DNA from: Scyliorhinus canicula
Lineage: Eukaryota
Length of the DNA stretch: 64,000 nucleotides
NCBI RefSeq assembly: GCF_902713615.1
Contig: NC_052154.1
Span: 159,566,754 to 159,630,753 of the forward strand
Direction: 5' to 3'
This document shows, in pieces, positions 13,114-24,440 of this stretch. A program made the position numbers and the translations under genes. Position 1 is the first letter of the stretch, and the number at the start of each line of letters is the position of its first letter. The notes below the pieces were generated by a model, which saw nothing but the letters and a program-made list of their open reading frames with translations, did no database searches and had not been told where the DNA came from.

Positions 13114-13407
13114 CCCAGGATCCGCACGTGGAGTCGGGATCCCAAGATGGCGGCGCCCAGAACCCGCACGTGGAGTCAGCGCCCCAAGATGGCGGCGCCC
13201 AGGACCCGCATGTGGAGTCGGGGTCCCAAGATGGCGGCGCCCAGTACCCGCACGTGGAGTCAGTGCCCCAAGATGGCGGCGCCCAGGACCTGCACGTGGA
13301 GTCGGCGCCCCAAGATGGCGGCGCCCAGGACCCGCACGTGGAGTCGGCGCCCCAAGATGGCAGCGCCCGGGACCTGCACGTGGCATCCGGGGCCCAAAAT
13401 GGTGGCG
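13114..13407. repeat. 42-bp tandem repeat, ~7 copies, between gag and protease
   Basis: Unit CCCAGGACCCGCACGTGGAGTCGGCGCCCCAAGATGGCGGCG starting at 13114, 13156, 13198, 13240, 13282, 13324 and 13366. Confidence 0.95.
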
Positions 13408-13440
13408 CCCGTGGGGCCCTCGTGGTTGCTGGGGGTGGGA

Positions 13441-14186
13441 TTAGCGGTGCCGGCGGGCCGACCGGAGTGGCTGAGAGCGGGGGCCGAGAGGCACGCAGGC
13501 CAGGCGCAGGGGCCAGGGGGGGGGTGAGATTAGCGCGGTGCGCTGGAGGGGCCCGGAAAGGCCCGGCGGTTGGGGGGGGGGAGATTGGCGCAGCGGATGG
13601 CAGTGGGTAAGCATACCAGGAGGCCCAGGGCGCTGCAGTGCGGCTGGGGCATAGGCGCGGGCATGTAAAGTGGCGACCTCCAGGGAGGTGGAGAGAGTCC
13701 GTGCCTCAGTTAAGCTGAGGTCGTCTTTCTCCAGTATCCGCTGGCGGATAGCGGGGGACTGCATCCCAGCCACGTAAGCATCTCTGATCAGCAGTTCCAT
13801 GTGCTCCGTGGCTGAAGCTTGGAGGCAGGAGCAATTCCTCCCCAGGACAGCGAGGGCCTGGTAAAATTGGTCTAATGATTCACCGGGGAGCTGTTGTCTG
13901 GTGGCCAGCAGATGTCGGGCGAATACTCTGTTGACTGGTTTAAGAAACTGTCCATTCAGCTTAAGCATGGCCGCATCGTAATCTTCCTCTTCCTTGATTA
14001 TCGCGTAGGCTGCTGTGCCCACGCTGGAGTGGAGGATGTGAAGCTTCTGTGCCATGGTGGGGGTCTGTTTGCAGACTCCAGGTATCCTTCGAGACATGCC
14101 AGCCAATGTTGAAAAATTTCTGAAGCGTTCTGAGTTTGCGGGCTGATGCGGAGGCATTCGGGCTTGATCCGGAACTCTATCTTCAA
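13441..14186 (-). pseudogene. Gypsy gag (frameshifted)
   Basis: FRIKPECLRISP..FQHWLACLEGYL; FARHLLATRQQLPGESLDQF; LIRDAYVAGMQSPAIRQRILE. Confidence 0.85.
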
Positions 14187-14204
14187 AAATCTAGCTTACT
14201 AAAT

Positions 14205-14490
14205 TGATGAGCCATCAATCGAACGCGAGACGAGTTGCTGTACAAAAGTTAGGCTTTAATAAGCTAGAACTTAGCCCTGCGGTCGACTACAGTAAATGGC
14301 CGACCGCCGGGCGTTCTGACTATTTATACCTCGGTATGGAGGCGTGGTTAACTCAGCCTCTCGACCAATCGGAGAGCCGTCACATGACTGGTCTCAACCA
14401 ATCGGTCGAGAGGCACATGACCAACCAGGGCCAATGGTAAGCCGGTGTTCTGCACCAATGGCAGACAGCTATGAAAATCATACCACCACA
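14205..14490 (-). repeat. Gypsy 5' LTR
   Basis: Direct repeat of 9690-9975; gag begins about 20 nt downstream in element sense. Confidence 0.95.
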
Positions 14491-14980
14491 CGCGGTTCCC
14501 GTTTTTGGCGTCTCCCGCTATTCACCAGCTCGTCTCGCTTGAGCGCGAATGTAACAAGGCCGGAAGATCACGCCCATAGTTCCAGGTACCAACTCCTCAA
14601 GGTAAAGTAAACTAAGGACATCATGTGATTGCTCAGGTGGAAGTGAAATATGACACTTTAACAACAGAACTCTTTCAACCTTGTGGAAGTGAAAACATCT
14701 CAAACAACGCCGTGAGAAATCCCAGAATATACTATCGTGCTTTTTACTCATTATTGGTGGGACAATGAAATACTTAACACAATGACTATCTCTAGCACAT
14801 CAGAAATGTTGACATTTTTCTGCATGCAACTTTAGAAGCTTTAAGCCTGGATTATAAAAATTAGCAAATTTGCTCCCTCATTGAAATCCGCCCTGACATT
14901 ATCTATATGTTCATTGCAATAGAATTCCTGACTAAATGCATCAATAAACTTGGAAATTATATACTTAGCATAGTATTCAC

Positions 14981-15058
14981 CTTTTGCAATGGGAGCATTC
15001 ACCGTCTCAAAAACTGCACTTCCAGTATCATCTTCACTTTTTTTTGTTTTTTCTTGCT
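14981..15058 (-). CDS. 78-bp phase 1-1 spacer exon, inverted paralog of 57950/63613
   Basis: TTTAAG|AG CAA GAA...GCA AAA G|GTGAATACTA; open frame (E)QEKTKKSEDDTGSAVFETVNAPIAK. Confidence 0.6.
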
Positions 15059-15434
15059 CTTAAATAGTAATAATCAATACATATTAGCCAGCAAAGAAAC
15101 TGATCTGAATCAATAATATTTGAATCCTGAATGTGACATTATTACAACTCCATCGTTCTAATTCTTCTTCAAGTTACTTCAACAAGGAATTTCTGAAAAC
15201 ACTTCAATAAGACATTTGTCTGAACTCTTGTACTGTCTAATGTAGTCTCATATAGCAGAAATAAATGTCCAGTTCTTGTGAAAACCATGTGCATAACATC
15301 AGTATTAGAGTAACTATTTAGTTCCTAGCAGTTCGCTTTGATGCAATTCGGGCGCAATTCTCTGACCTTGTCGCGCTCTTGCTCGAGCGAAACAAGGCCG
15401 ATGAATAGCTGGAGGAGCCGATTTACCATGGTAA

Positions 15435-15740
15435 GTGAGTAAGATCAAAGCTGATCTGGCAAGGTGGGATAGTCTCCCTCTGTCACAGGCGGGTTGGGTA
15501 CAGGTGGTTAAAATGAACATGTTGCCACGATTTCTGTTTATTTTCCAATTGCTGCCGCTTTTCCTGCCAAAGGCATTTTTCAGAGAGATTGAAGGAACAA
15601 TTGCCTCGTTCATATAGGGAGGGAAGGTGGCCAGAGTTAGAAAGGTGCTGCTACAGAGGGGAAGGCAGGCAGGGGGTTTGGGTCTTCCGAACCTGATGTA
15701 TCATTACTGGGCGGTGAATGTGGAGAAGGTGCGGAGCTAG
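15435..15740 (+). mobile_element. L1 ORF2 C-terminal fragment
   Basis: SKIKADLARWDSLPLS..VKMNMLPRFLFIFQ; matches ~62950-63240 inverted. Confidence 0.85.
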
Positions 15741-16276
15741 GTCAGAGGGGTTGATTCCCCCCACCCCCCCGCCTTTAGTTTCAAGATTTAGTTCTCAAGC
15801 TTTTTCTTCCGCTCCGCCATGGCCTTCACCATGACGGGGGCGGAAGAGACCCCCTCCCCTGTGCATGCGCCGGTATGACGTCAGCAGCCGCTGACGCACC
15901 GGCGCATGCGCGGACTTCCGCCGGTCTTGAAAACTAAAACTTGAAACTAAATGCTGGGGTGGGTTCAATTGTAGGGGAAACTAGAAAGCCCAATTTAAAT
16001 GAAGAGGGAAGAGTGCAAGTTAGGAATGTGGTGGATGGTTACAAGAAAATAAAAGTGAGGGACAGAACAGATGAATGTCTTTATGCACCAAGGAAGAGCA
16101 GGGAAATTTAACAAAACAAATTTAAAAGCTTTGTATCGAAGTGCAAGCAGCAGTCGTAACAAACTTAATGAGCTAACAGCACAAATAGAAATAAAAGGTT
16201 ATGACTTGGTGGGGATTACTGAAATGAGGTTACAGGGAGACCAGGTCTGGGAATTGAATATCCAAGGGCACACAGT

Positions 16277-16900
16277 GGCCGGGATTCTCCCCTACTCAGC
16301 GGGGCGGGTGGTCCCAGTGGGACGGAGTGGCGTGAACCATTCCGGCGTCGGGCCTCCCCAAAGGTGCGCAATTCTCTACACTTTTAGGGGCTAGGCCTGC
16401 GCCAGAGTGGCTCCCGCTCCGCCGGCTGGCACGGATGGCCTTTGGTGCCCCGCCAGCTGGGGCCGAAAGGCCTTCGGTGGCCGGCGGAAGTCCGTGCATG
16501 CACCGGTGCGTCAGCGGCTGCTGACGTCATACCGGCGCATGCACGGGGGAGGGGGTCTCTTCCACGCCGTCATGGTGAAGGCCATGGCGGAGCGGAAGAA
16601 AAAGAGTGCCCTCACAGCACAGGCCCGCCCGCCGATCGGTGGGCCCCGACCGCAGGCCAGGCCACCCTTGGGGCAGCCCCCGGGGCCAGATCACCCCGCG
16701 CCCCCCCAAGGACTTTGGCGCCCACCCGCGCCACCAATCCCGCTGGCACCAAGCATGCTTTGATTCCTGTCGGCGGGAACGGCCTGTCAGCGGTGGGACT
16801 TCGGCCCATCACGGGCCGGAGAATCGCCGTGAGGAGCCTGCCGACCGGTGCGGCGCGATTCCCGCCCCCGCCGATTCCCGGCTGGCGGAGAATTTGGCCC
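16277..16900. mobile_element. Harbinger-type GC-rich MITE
   Basis: TIR GGCCGGGATTCTCC...GGAGAATTTGGCCC, inserted in CR1. Confidence 0.8.
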
Positions 16901-17592
16901 AGTATTTTGGAAAGATAGGAGGAAAGGAAAAGGAGCTGGCATAGCCCTGCTGGTGAGGAATGGGATCGGTGCTGTAATGGGAAATGACATAAGCACTGGA
17001 GATCAAGATGTCGAATCGGTACTGGTAGAAATAAGAAATAACAAAGGGAAGAAGTCCTTGGTAGGAGTAATCTATAGGTCCCCAAACAGTAGTTCTACAG
17101 TGGGACACAGTATAAACCTGGAAATACTGGGGGCTTGCAAGAAAGGTATGGCAATAATAATGGGTGATTTCAATATGCACATAGACTGCAGGAATCAAAT
17201 TGGCAAGAGTAGCCTGGAGGCAGAGTTCATTGAATGCATTAGAGACTGTTTCCTGGAACAGTATGTTGGGAACCAACCAGGGAGGTATTTGGTAATGAGG
17301 AGGGATTAATTAATGACCTCATAGTTAAGCATCCACTAGGGAGTAGTGACCATAATACGGTAGAATTCAATATTCAGTTTGGGGGCCACACTAGTGTTCT
17401 GGAATTAAACAAAGAAAATTACAGAGGCTTGACAGATTTAGCCCGTATATACTGGGCAGGAAGGCTGAAAGGTAGGGCAGCTGCTGAACAGTGACAGTTG
17501 TTTAAGGAGATACTCAATTCCTCACAACTGAAATATATCCCAGTGAGTAAGAAAGATGGGAATAAGTGTAAAAAGCGTCCATGTCTAAACAA

Positions 17593-17900
17593 GGGACAGC
17601 ACGGTAGCACAGTGGTTAGCACTGTAGCATCACTGCTCCAGGGTCCAAGGTTCAACTTGGGTCACTGTCTGTGTGGAGTCTGCATGTTCTCCCAGTGGGT
17701 TTCCTCCGGTTGCTCCTGTTTCCTCCCACAACCCAAAAGATGTGCAGAGTAGGCAGATTGCCACATCAAATTGCCTTTAACTGGAAAAAAAAATGAATTG
17801 GATACTTTAAATTTATCAAAACAAAAGTGGGGTGCTCTTTCCAAGGGCTGGTGCAGATTTGATGGGCCGAACGGCCTCCTTCTACACAGTAAATTCTATG
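17593..17900 (+). mobile_element. tRNA-derived SINE with CR1-like tail (HE1-like)
   Basis: A/B-box-like head GCACGGTAGCACAGTGGTTAGCACTG..GGTTCAAC; orthologous copy at 53640-53955. Confidence 0.8.
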
Positions 17901-17934
17901 ATTTTTCGATGAAGGAAGTCAAGGACATTATATT

Positions 17935-18159
17935 TTATTTTCATAAATTTAGATTACCCAATTATTTTTTCCAATTAAGGGGCAATTTAGCATGGCCAAT
18001 CCACCTACTCTGCACATTTTTGGGTTGTAGGGGCGAAACCCACGCAGACACGGGGAGAATGTGCAAACTCCACACGGACAGTGACCCAGAGCCGGGATCG
18101 AACCTGGGACCTCAGCGCTGTGAGGCGGTTGTGCTAACCACTAGGCGACCGTGCTGCCC
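17935..18159 (-). mobile_element. tRNA-derived SINE
   Basis: Head GGGCAGCACGG..GGTTCGATCCC on minus; flanked by a TCAAGGACATTATA duplication; absent from the paralog at ~53620. Confidence 0.85.
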
Positions 18160-19215
18160 TATCAAGGACATTATAAAGACAAAAATTAAGTTATATCATA
18201 TTGCAAAGGCCAGTGGCAGGCTTGAAGATTGTGGAGCTTTCAAACATAACCAAAGGAATACTAAAAAAGTAATTAAAAGAGCTAAGGTAAATTACGGACA
18301 AAAAATATCACAGAATATCAAAAAGGATAGCAAAAGCTTCTACAGGTACGTAAAAGGGAAGACAGTCGCTGAGGTGAATGTTGGCCCATTGGAGGATGAA
18401 TCTGGTGAGTTAATAGTGGGGAGCACAGACACGGCAGAGATGCTAAACCAATACTTTACCTCGGTGGGGGACACTAGTACCATTCCTATAGGAATGGGCA
18501 ATTCAGAGGTAATAGAAAAGGTGGAACTTGGAACAATCAGCATCAATAGGGAAACGGTACTCAACAAACTCTTGGGTTGGGGGCAGACAAGTCCCCAGGA
18601 TCTGATGGCCTACATCCTAGGATGTTAAAGGAAGTGGCAGCAGAGATAGTGGATCCACTGGTTATGATATTCCAAAATTCCATGGACACGGTAAAGGTTC
18701 TGGTGTATTGAACCAATGCTAACGTAATGCCCTTATTCAAAAAGGGAGGGCGGCAGAATGTGGGAAATTACAGACCAGTTAGTTTAACATCTGTTGTTCG
18801 AAAATTGTTAGAATCAATTATCAAGGACGTAATATCAGGACATTTGGAATGCCAAAGCGCTATCCATCAGAGTCAGCATGGTTTTATGAAGGGCAAATCA
18901 TGTTTGACTAAGTTGCTTAAGTTCTTCGATGTAACAAGCAAAGTGGATAATGGGGATCCTGTACATGTAATATATCTGGACTTCTGGAAGGCGTTTAATA
19001 ATGTGCTGCACAGAAATTTAATTCACAAGGTGAGATCACATGGGATTAGGGGTAAATTTATTAGCTTGGATAGAAGACTGGCTGATGGACAGGAGACAGA
19101 CTGTCCATCCATTTATAACAAAAGGAATTGAGTATAAAGGTAAGGAAGTGTTGTTGCAACTATACAAGGCATTGGTAAGACTGCACCTGGAGTATTGTGC
19201 AGTTTCGGACCCCTT

Positions 19216-19786
19216 GGGCGCAATTCTCCGCACTCACGACGGTGCGGAGAATAGCGGGGGTCGTAAAATTTTACGGCCACGCTAGTCCGACGCCCTCCCG
19301 CTATTCTCCCCCCGACCTGTTCATGCCGGCGGCAACCACACCTGGTCGCTGCTGGCGTGAACAGCGCGCCAAAGGTGAGTATGGGGCTTGTGGGGAATGG
19401 AGAGGGGAGTGAGCACCACGACCGTGCTCGGGAGGGGACTGGCCCACGATAGATTCCCACCAATCGTTGGGCCGGCGTCTCAAAGGGACGCACTCTTTCC
19501 CCTCCGCCGCCCCGCAAGATAAAGCCGCCACGTCTTGCGGGGCAGCGGAGGGGAAGACTGCAACTGCGCATGCGCGGGTTTGAGCCATCAGCCGTCGTGA
19601 CGTCAGCCGCGCATGCGCGGGTTGGAGCCGGCCAACCTGCACATGCGCGGCTGACGTCATTATGCGCGCCGGCCGCGTCAGTCTCGGCGCGCCGGGCCTT
19701 GACACCAGCGACAAGGCCCCGCGGCCGAGATTTACGGCACTGCCCGGGTTTCACGACGGCATCGGGCCTTGCAGAGAATTCCGCCC
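19216..19786. mobile_element. Harbinger-type GC-rich MITE
   Basis: TIR GGGCGCAATTCTCC...AGAGAATTCCGCCC; internal GCGCATGCGC and TGACGTCA repeats. Confidence 0.85.
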
Positions 19787-19794
19787 GAGGGGTT

Positions 19795-20250
19795 TGTCGT
19801 ATGAGGAGAGATTGAACAGTTTAGGCCTGTACTCTCTCGAGTTTAGAAGAATGAGGGGAGGCCTAATTGAGGTATACAAGATGCTAAAAGGTATGGATAA
19901 AGTAGATGTGGAGCTGATGCTTCCTCTGGTGGGGCATTCTAAAATGAGAGGTCATAATCTTAGAATAAGAGGTAGCAAATTTGAAACAGATTTGAGGAGA
20001 AACTATTTCTCCCAAAGGGTTGTGAATCTATGGAATGCGTAACCCCAGAGTGCGGTGGCTGCAGGGGCAGGGAGTAAATTGAAGGAGGAGTTAGACAGAG
20101 CTTTAATTGGTAATGGTTTGAAGGATTATAGAGAATGTTCAAGGCGGTGGAGTTGAGGCCAGGATGGTATCAGCCATGATCACGTTGAAGGTGTTTAGGC
20201 ACGGGAGACTAAATTGCCTACTCCTGCTCCTAGGTCATGTGTTCTAGGGG
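19795..20250 (+). mobile_element. CR1 LINE 3' end
   Basis: YEERLNSLGLYSLEFRRMRGGLIEVYKML..FSQRVVNLWN. Confidence 0.85.
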
Positions 20251-20618
20251 GGAGATGCTCTGGCTGATTTAACAATCCAGCTCTTGGCCTGTAGCATTGT
20301 AGGTAGCAGATGAGGAGTATAGCAACCATAGTAGAATGGTAGAGCAGACTCGATGGGCCAAATGGCCTAATTCTGCTTATGAATTTATGAGATTCTTTCC
20401 TGCTTCATACTTAGTCATTATTTCCATGTTCACATGCAAGCAGTTTTCCCCAACAAATCATTTCCTGGGTTTGGTAAGAATACTAGCAGTGAATCCACGA
20501 CCCAGGAATCTGACTTTTTTCTCACCCACATGTATGGTACCAGGATAGCTGGTAAACATGACATTGATAAAAATGCAGTTATCGTGAGTCAATTAAAAGG
20601 CATCAGGATGAAATGTAA

Positions 20619-20718
20619 NNNNNNNNNNNNNNNNNNNNNNNNNNNNNNNNNNNNNNNNNNNNNNNNNNNNNNNNNNNNNNNNNNNNNNNNNNNNNNNNNN
20701 NNNNNNNNNNNNNNNNNN
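20619..20718. other. Assembly gap (100 N)
   Basis: Run of exactly 100 N, typical of a gap of unknown size. Confidence 0.99.
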
Positions 20719-20899
20719 ATGAGTAAGGTACTCTTTCAATCGTGAACTCGCTGTGCTAAGTTTTAATGTCGTTCAGTAGGTGGTAGTAATGACAGTGAAA
20801 CTGTCAGCATTTCCCATAAATACTACTGTGAATTCTGGTGAAGGTGCACGTTTGAGGTCCTGTAGGACTGCAAATCACCGGAAAAATCATTGAACTAGC

Positions 20900-21340
20900 T
20901 TGTCGTATGAAGAACGGTTGAGGACTCTGAGTCTGTACTCGTTGGGAATTGAAAAGGATGAGGGGGGATCTTATTGAAACTTACAGGATACTGCGTGGCC
21001 TGGATAGAGTGGATGTGGAGAGAATGTTTCCACTTGTAGGAAAAACTAGAAGCAGAGGACACAATCTCAGATTAAAGGGGTGATCCTTTAAAACAGAGAT
21101 GAAGAATTTCTTCAGCCAGAGGGTGGTGAATCTGTGGAACTCTTTGCCGCAGAAGGCTGTGGAGGCTAAATCACTGAGTGTCTTTAAAACAGAGATAGAT
21201 AGATTTTTGATCAATAAGTGGATCAGGGGTTATCGGAGAAGGCAGGAGAATGGGGATGAGAAAAATATCAGCCATGATTGAATAGTGGAGCAGACTTGAT
21301 GGGCCAAGTGGCCTAATTCTGCTCCTATGCCTTATGGCCT
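20900..21340 (+). mobile_element. CR1 LINE 3' end
   Basis: NFFSQRVVNLWNSLPQKAVEA; tail ...CCTAATTCTGCTCCTATG. Confidence 0.85.
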
Positions 21341-23299
21341 TAACAGCAAGTCGTATACTCTCAGCTTTGCTGTTAAAACCTTCTCCAATCAGCTGTAACT
21401 GGGCTTTTAATGGTGTCCCAAGTTCATAATTACTGTTAAAAAGCCTTGTTGGTCTTGAAACATTTGTTGAATACCAAATCTCCCCATTGAAATAATAAAT
21501 TCCACATACTTTTAATAATATTTAAAAGTTGTATATGATATTTAATCTTTTACTTTAATCTTATGTGTATGGCCTAATCATTTATTTTGCCAACTGTAAA
21601 TGTAAAAAGTAATAGCTAAAGGATTCAGTGGCTTTTACTGCCTGGGTTGCAATTATTGAGAGTACTTCAAAGTGATTGGCTGCTTACCCTTCTTGATGAC
21701 ATCACTGTTTTTGGATGCCTGACGATCCCCTTGACATGATACCAGATTTAAACTGTCGCCAGAAAAGGGACATCTGCACTCCAAAGACTACTGGATCTTT
21801 GCATTCAGCTTCTTGTAGTCAAAGGCACCCTTGTTTTATCACTAACCATAAATTATAATGGACAAATTTGACACTTCACTAATGCCATTTGTTTAGCGAC
21901 ATTGAGGCTATTCAACAACGCTTGTAAATTTAGCATGCCGTTAAAAACCAGCTATGCCTTATTTAACATCAGTGTTTTAGTCATGAGACAGAGAGCAAAA
22001 TGGCAGGCCTTCAGCAGTTCAGTCATTTCAGTCTGTTGGGGCTTCATCAGCAATAAGTGGGAAGGTGTAGGATCATTGACAACAACTTTGGAATTTTTGC
22101 GGTTGATTTCGCATGTGTCGACTCCAGAAGTTGCTGTCAATTTGGTGAATGTTGACAGTTTTGGCATCATCACTGCTGCAAAACCCAGACCAAACTTACT
22201 AATATTTATAAAATTAAATGCAATAGAGTCTCTGCTTTGGCCACAATCAAAAAATGACACCGAAAATACAGCTGGAGTTGCACTGGTCAAGTTAGGTTTC
22301 ACGTTTCTGCTAAAATTAATTTTCATAATCACAAACCTAATCCTTCATGAACCAGCATAAATGGGCAAATGAATAGATAATAATCGTTTTTTTTTTCCAT
22401 TTTCCATTCAAATGCATTCGCTGATGAATTTATGAGTAGTAACCTGTCCCAGCTTTATTCACGCAACTTATAATGGTTTCATCACCAAAGGTAAGCAGCC
22501 CCGAAACAAGACAGGGTCAATCAGTACTCTCATAGTGACAAAATTCCATTGAAAAAAATTGAGATTGCCATACTTGAGCCCCAAACAAGAATCTTAAACA
22601 AAGCCATTACATAGGAATGAGGGGAAAGCTGGCTAAGTTTGATTGGGCAAGTAGGCCAAAATATATGACGGTAAATAAACAATTGAAAACATTTAAATAA
22701 ATGTCCAAAAATATATATTCACTTGAAAAGAAAACACAGCAAGAAAAATCCATTCATGGTTGTCTAAGAAGGTTAAGGATAATATTAGATTAGAAGATTT
22801 ATAATCTGGCAAAGAACAAGGTTTGGGAGGGTTTCAGAAAACGGCAGGAATAACTAATAAGGGAGTAATCAAGACAGGAATGAAAAGAGAAAATTGCAAG
22901 TATATAAAAAGGAAGAGAGTAGCTAAAGCAAAATTTAGTCCCTTAAAAAAATACAGGAAAAATTGTCACAATGAATGCAGAAATGATAAAGCATTGACAA
23001 ATAGTTTATCTTCACATTCCATAAACAAAAGGTAACCTAGGGGCCGAAGGAGTGAGGAAATTAAGGTAATTAATGTCAGCAGAGAACAAATTACAAAAAA
23101 GGCATGAAGTCCTCAAGTCTGACAAATCCCCATGATTATCCAAAATTCTGCAGATTCTTCACTGCTACCAGCAGATTGTAAAGTAGAAAATGTAGCACCG
23201 CTATCCAACAAAGAAGGGAAAGAAAAAAAACAAGGATCGATGGGTTAATTAGTCTGACATAAGTAATTAGGACATCTGGAATCTATTATTAATGAACTA

Positions 23300-23516
23300 T
23301 TGGTGGCACAGTGGTTAGCATTGCTGCCTCACGGCGCTGAGATCCCAGGTTCGATCCCAGCTCTGGGTCACTGTCCATGTGGAGTTTGCACATTCTCCCC
23401 GTGTTTCCGTGGGTTTCGCCCCCACAACCCAAAGATGTGCAGGTTAGGTGGATTGACCTCGCTAAATTGCCCCTTAGTTGGAAAAAATGAATTGGGTACA
23501 CTAAATTTTTTTAAAA
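23300..23516 (+). mobile_element. tRNA-derived SINE
   Basis: GGTGGCACAGTGGTTAGCATTG..GGTTCGATCCC head; ATTAATGAAC flanking duplication. Confidence 0.85.
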
Positions 23517-23539
23517 ATTAATGAACAAAGTCACCATGG

Positions 23540-24440
23540 CCTTATGGAAGAGAAACTATATTAGACAAATTTAATGGAGTTTTTTGAAAATGTAACAAAT
23601 AGGTTAGGTAAAGTAGATGTAGCGTACTTAGATTCCAAAAAGCATTCGATAAAGATGGCACACAAAATGTTAATAAGCAAGACAAGAACTCATGGAGTTT
23701 AGGGTAATATGTCAGCATGGATATCGAATTAGTTAACAGGCAGTAAGCAAAGAGTAAGATAAGTGGGGTATTTTCAAATTGGCAGGCAGTGGCAAGTGGA
23801 GTGCCACAAGGACCAGCACTGGAACCTCAGATATTTACAATCTGTATTTTATTTTATGAATTTAGAGTACCCAATTCATTTTTTCCAATTCAGGGGCAAT
23901 TTAGAGTGTCCAATCCACCTACACTACACATCTTTGGGTTGTGGGGGCGAAACCCACGCATACACGGGGAGAATGTGCAAACTCCACACGGACAGTGACC
24001 CAGAGCCAGGATCGAACCTGGGACCTCGGCGCCATGAGGCTGCAGGGCTAACCCACTGCGCCACCGTGCTGCCCTCTTTTACAATCTGTATTAATCACTT
24101 AGACAGAGTCAGAGAGTAATATATTTAGGTTTGCAGAAGATCAAAGATATGTGGGAATACAAGCTGTGAGGTGCACAAAAAGAGGCTCAAAAGAGATGTA
24201 GAGACATTTAGTGAGTGGACAATAAGATCGCAAATGGAATATAATATGGGGAAATGCGAGGTTAGTCACTTTGGTTATGAAATGGAAAAGCAGAATGTTT
24301 TTTAAAAGGTGTGAAACTTGTAAATGTTGATGTTCGGAGGGACCTGGGTGTACTCGTACAAGAATACTGAAAGCTAGCATGCAGGTACAGCAAGCAATTA
24401 GGAAGGCAAATGGTATGTTGACCTTTATTGAAAGGGGATG
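23540..24440 (+). mobile_element. CR1 RT fragment interrupted by a SINE
   Basis: SGVPQGPALEPQIFTI; degenerate downstream RT motifs. Confidence 0.7.
23838..24075 (-). mobile_element. tRNA-derived SINE
   Basis: Minus-strand SINE head; TTTACAATCTGTATT flanking duplication. Confidence 0.85.

Larger units (their letters stand above)
9690..14490 (-). mobile_element. Full-length Ty3/Gypsy LTR retrotransposon, mildly degenerate
   Basis: 286-bp LTRs at 9690-9975 and 14205-14490 (about 9 mismatches); TSD CGCGG at 9685-9689 and 14491-14495; purine tract AAGGGGTGAA next to the 3' LTR; domain order gag-PR-RT-RNH-IN. Confidence 0.97.
6291..14575 (+). mobile_element. PIF/Harbinger-type DNA transposon (non-autonomous), host of the Gypsy insertion
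   Basis: TIR GGGCGTGATC...GATCACGCCC; flanks on both sides join into one contiguous sequence homologous (inverted) to 45340-45890; encodes a Myb/SANT-like ORF. Confidence 0.75.
16040..19200 (+). mobile_element. CR1 LINE ORF2 (endonuclease-RT), degenerate, interrupted by MITE and SINEs
   Basis: GVIYRSPNS..IIMGDFN; PLFKKGGRQNVGNYRPVSLTSVV; QHGFMKGKSCLT; inverted paralog at 52090-54960. Confidence 0.9.

Noticed and set aside
13114-13407. CRISPR-like array
   Set aside because: Units are contiguous with no unique spacers, and they lie inside a eukaryotic retrotransposon.
13441-14186. Gag domesticated as the receptor tail (by analogy with the Gag-like tail of human B7-H6)
   Set aside because: This gag is frameshifted, lies inside an intact TE with TSD, and sits upstream of the gene on the opposite strand across a gap.
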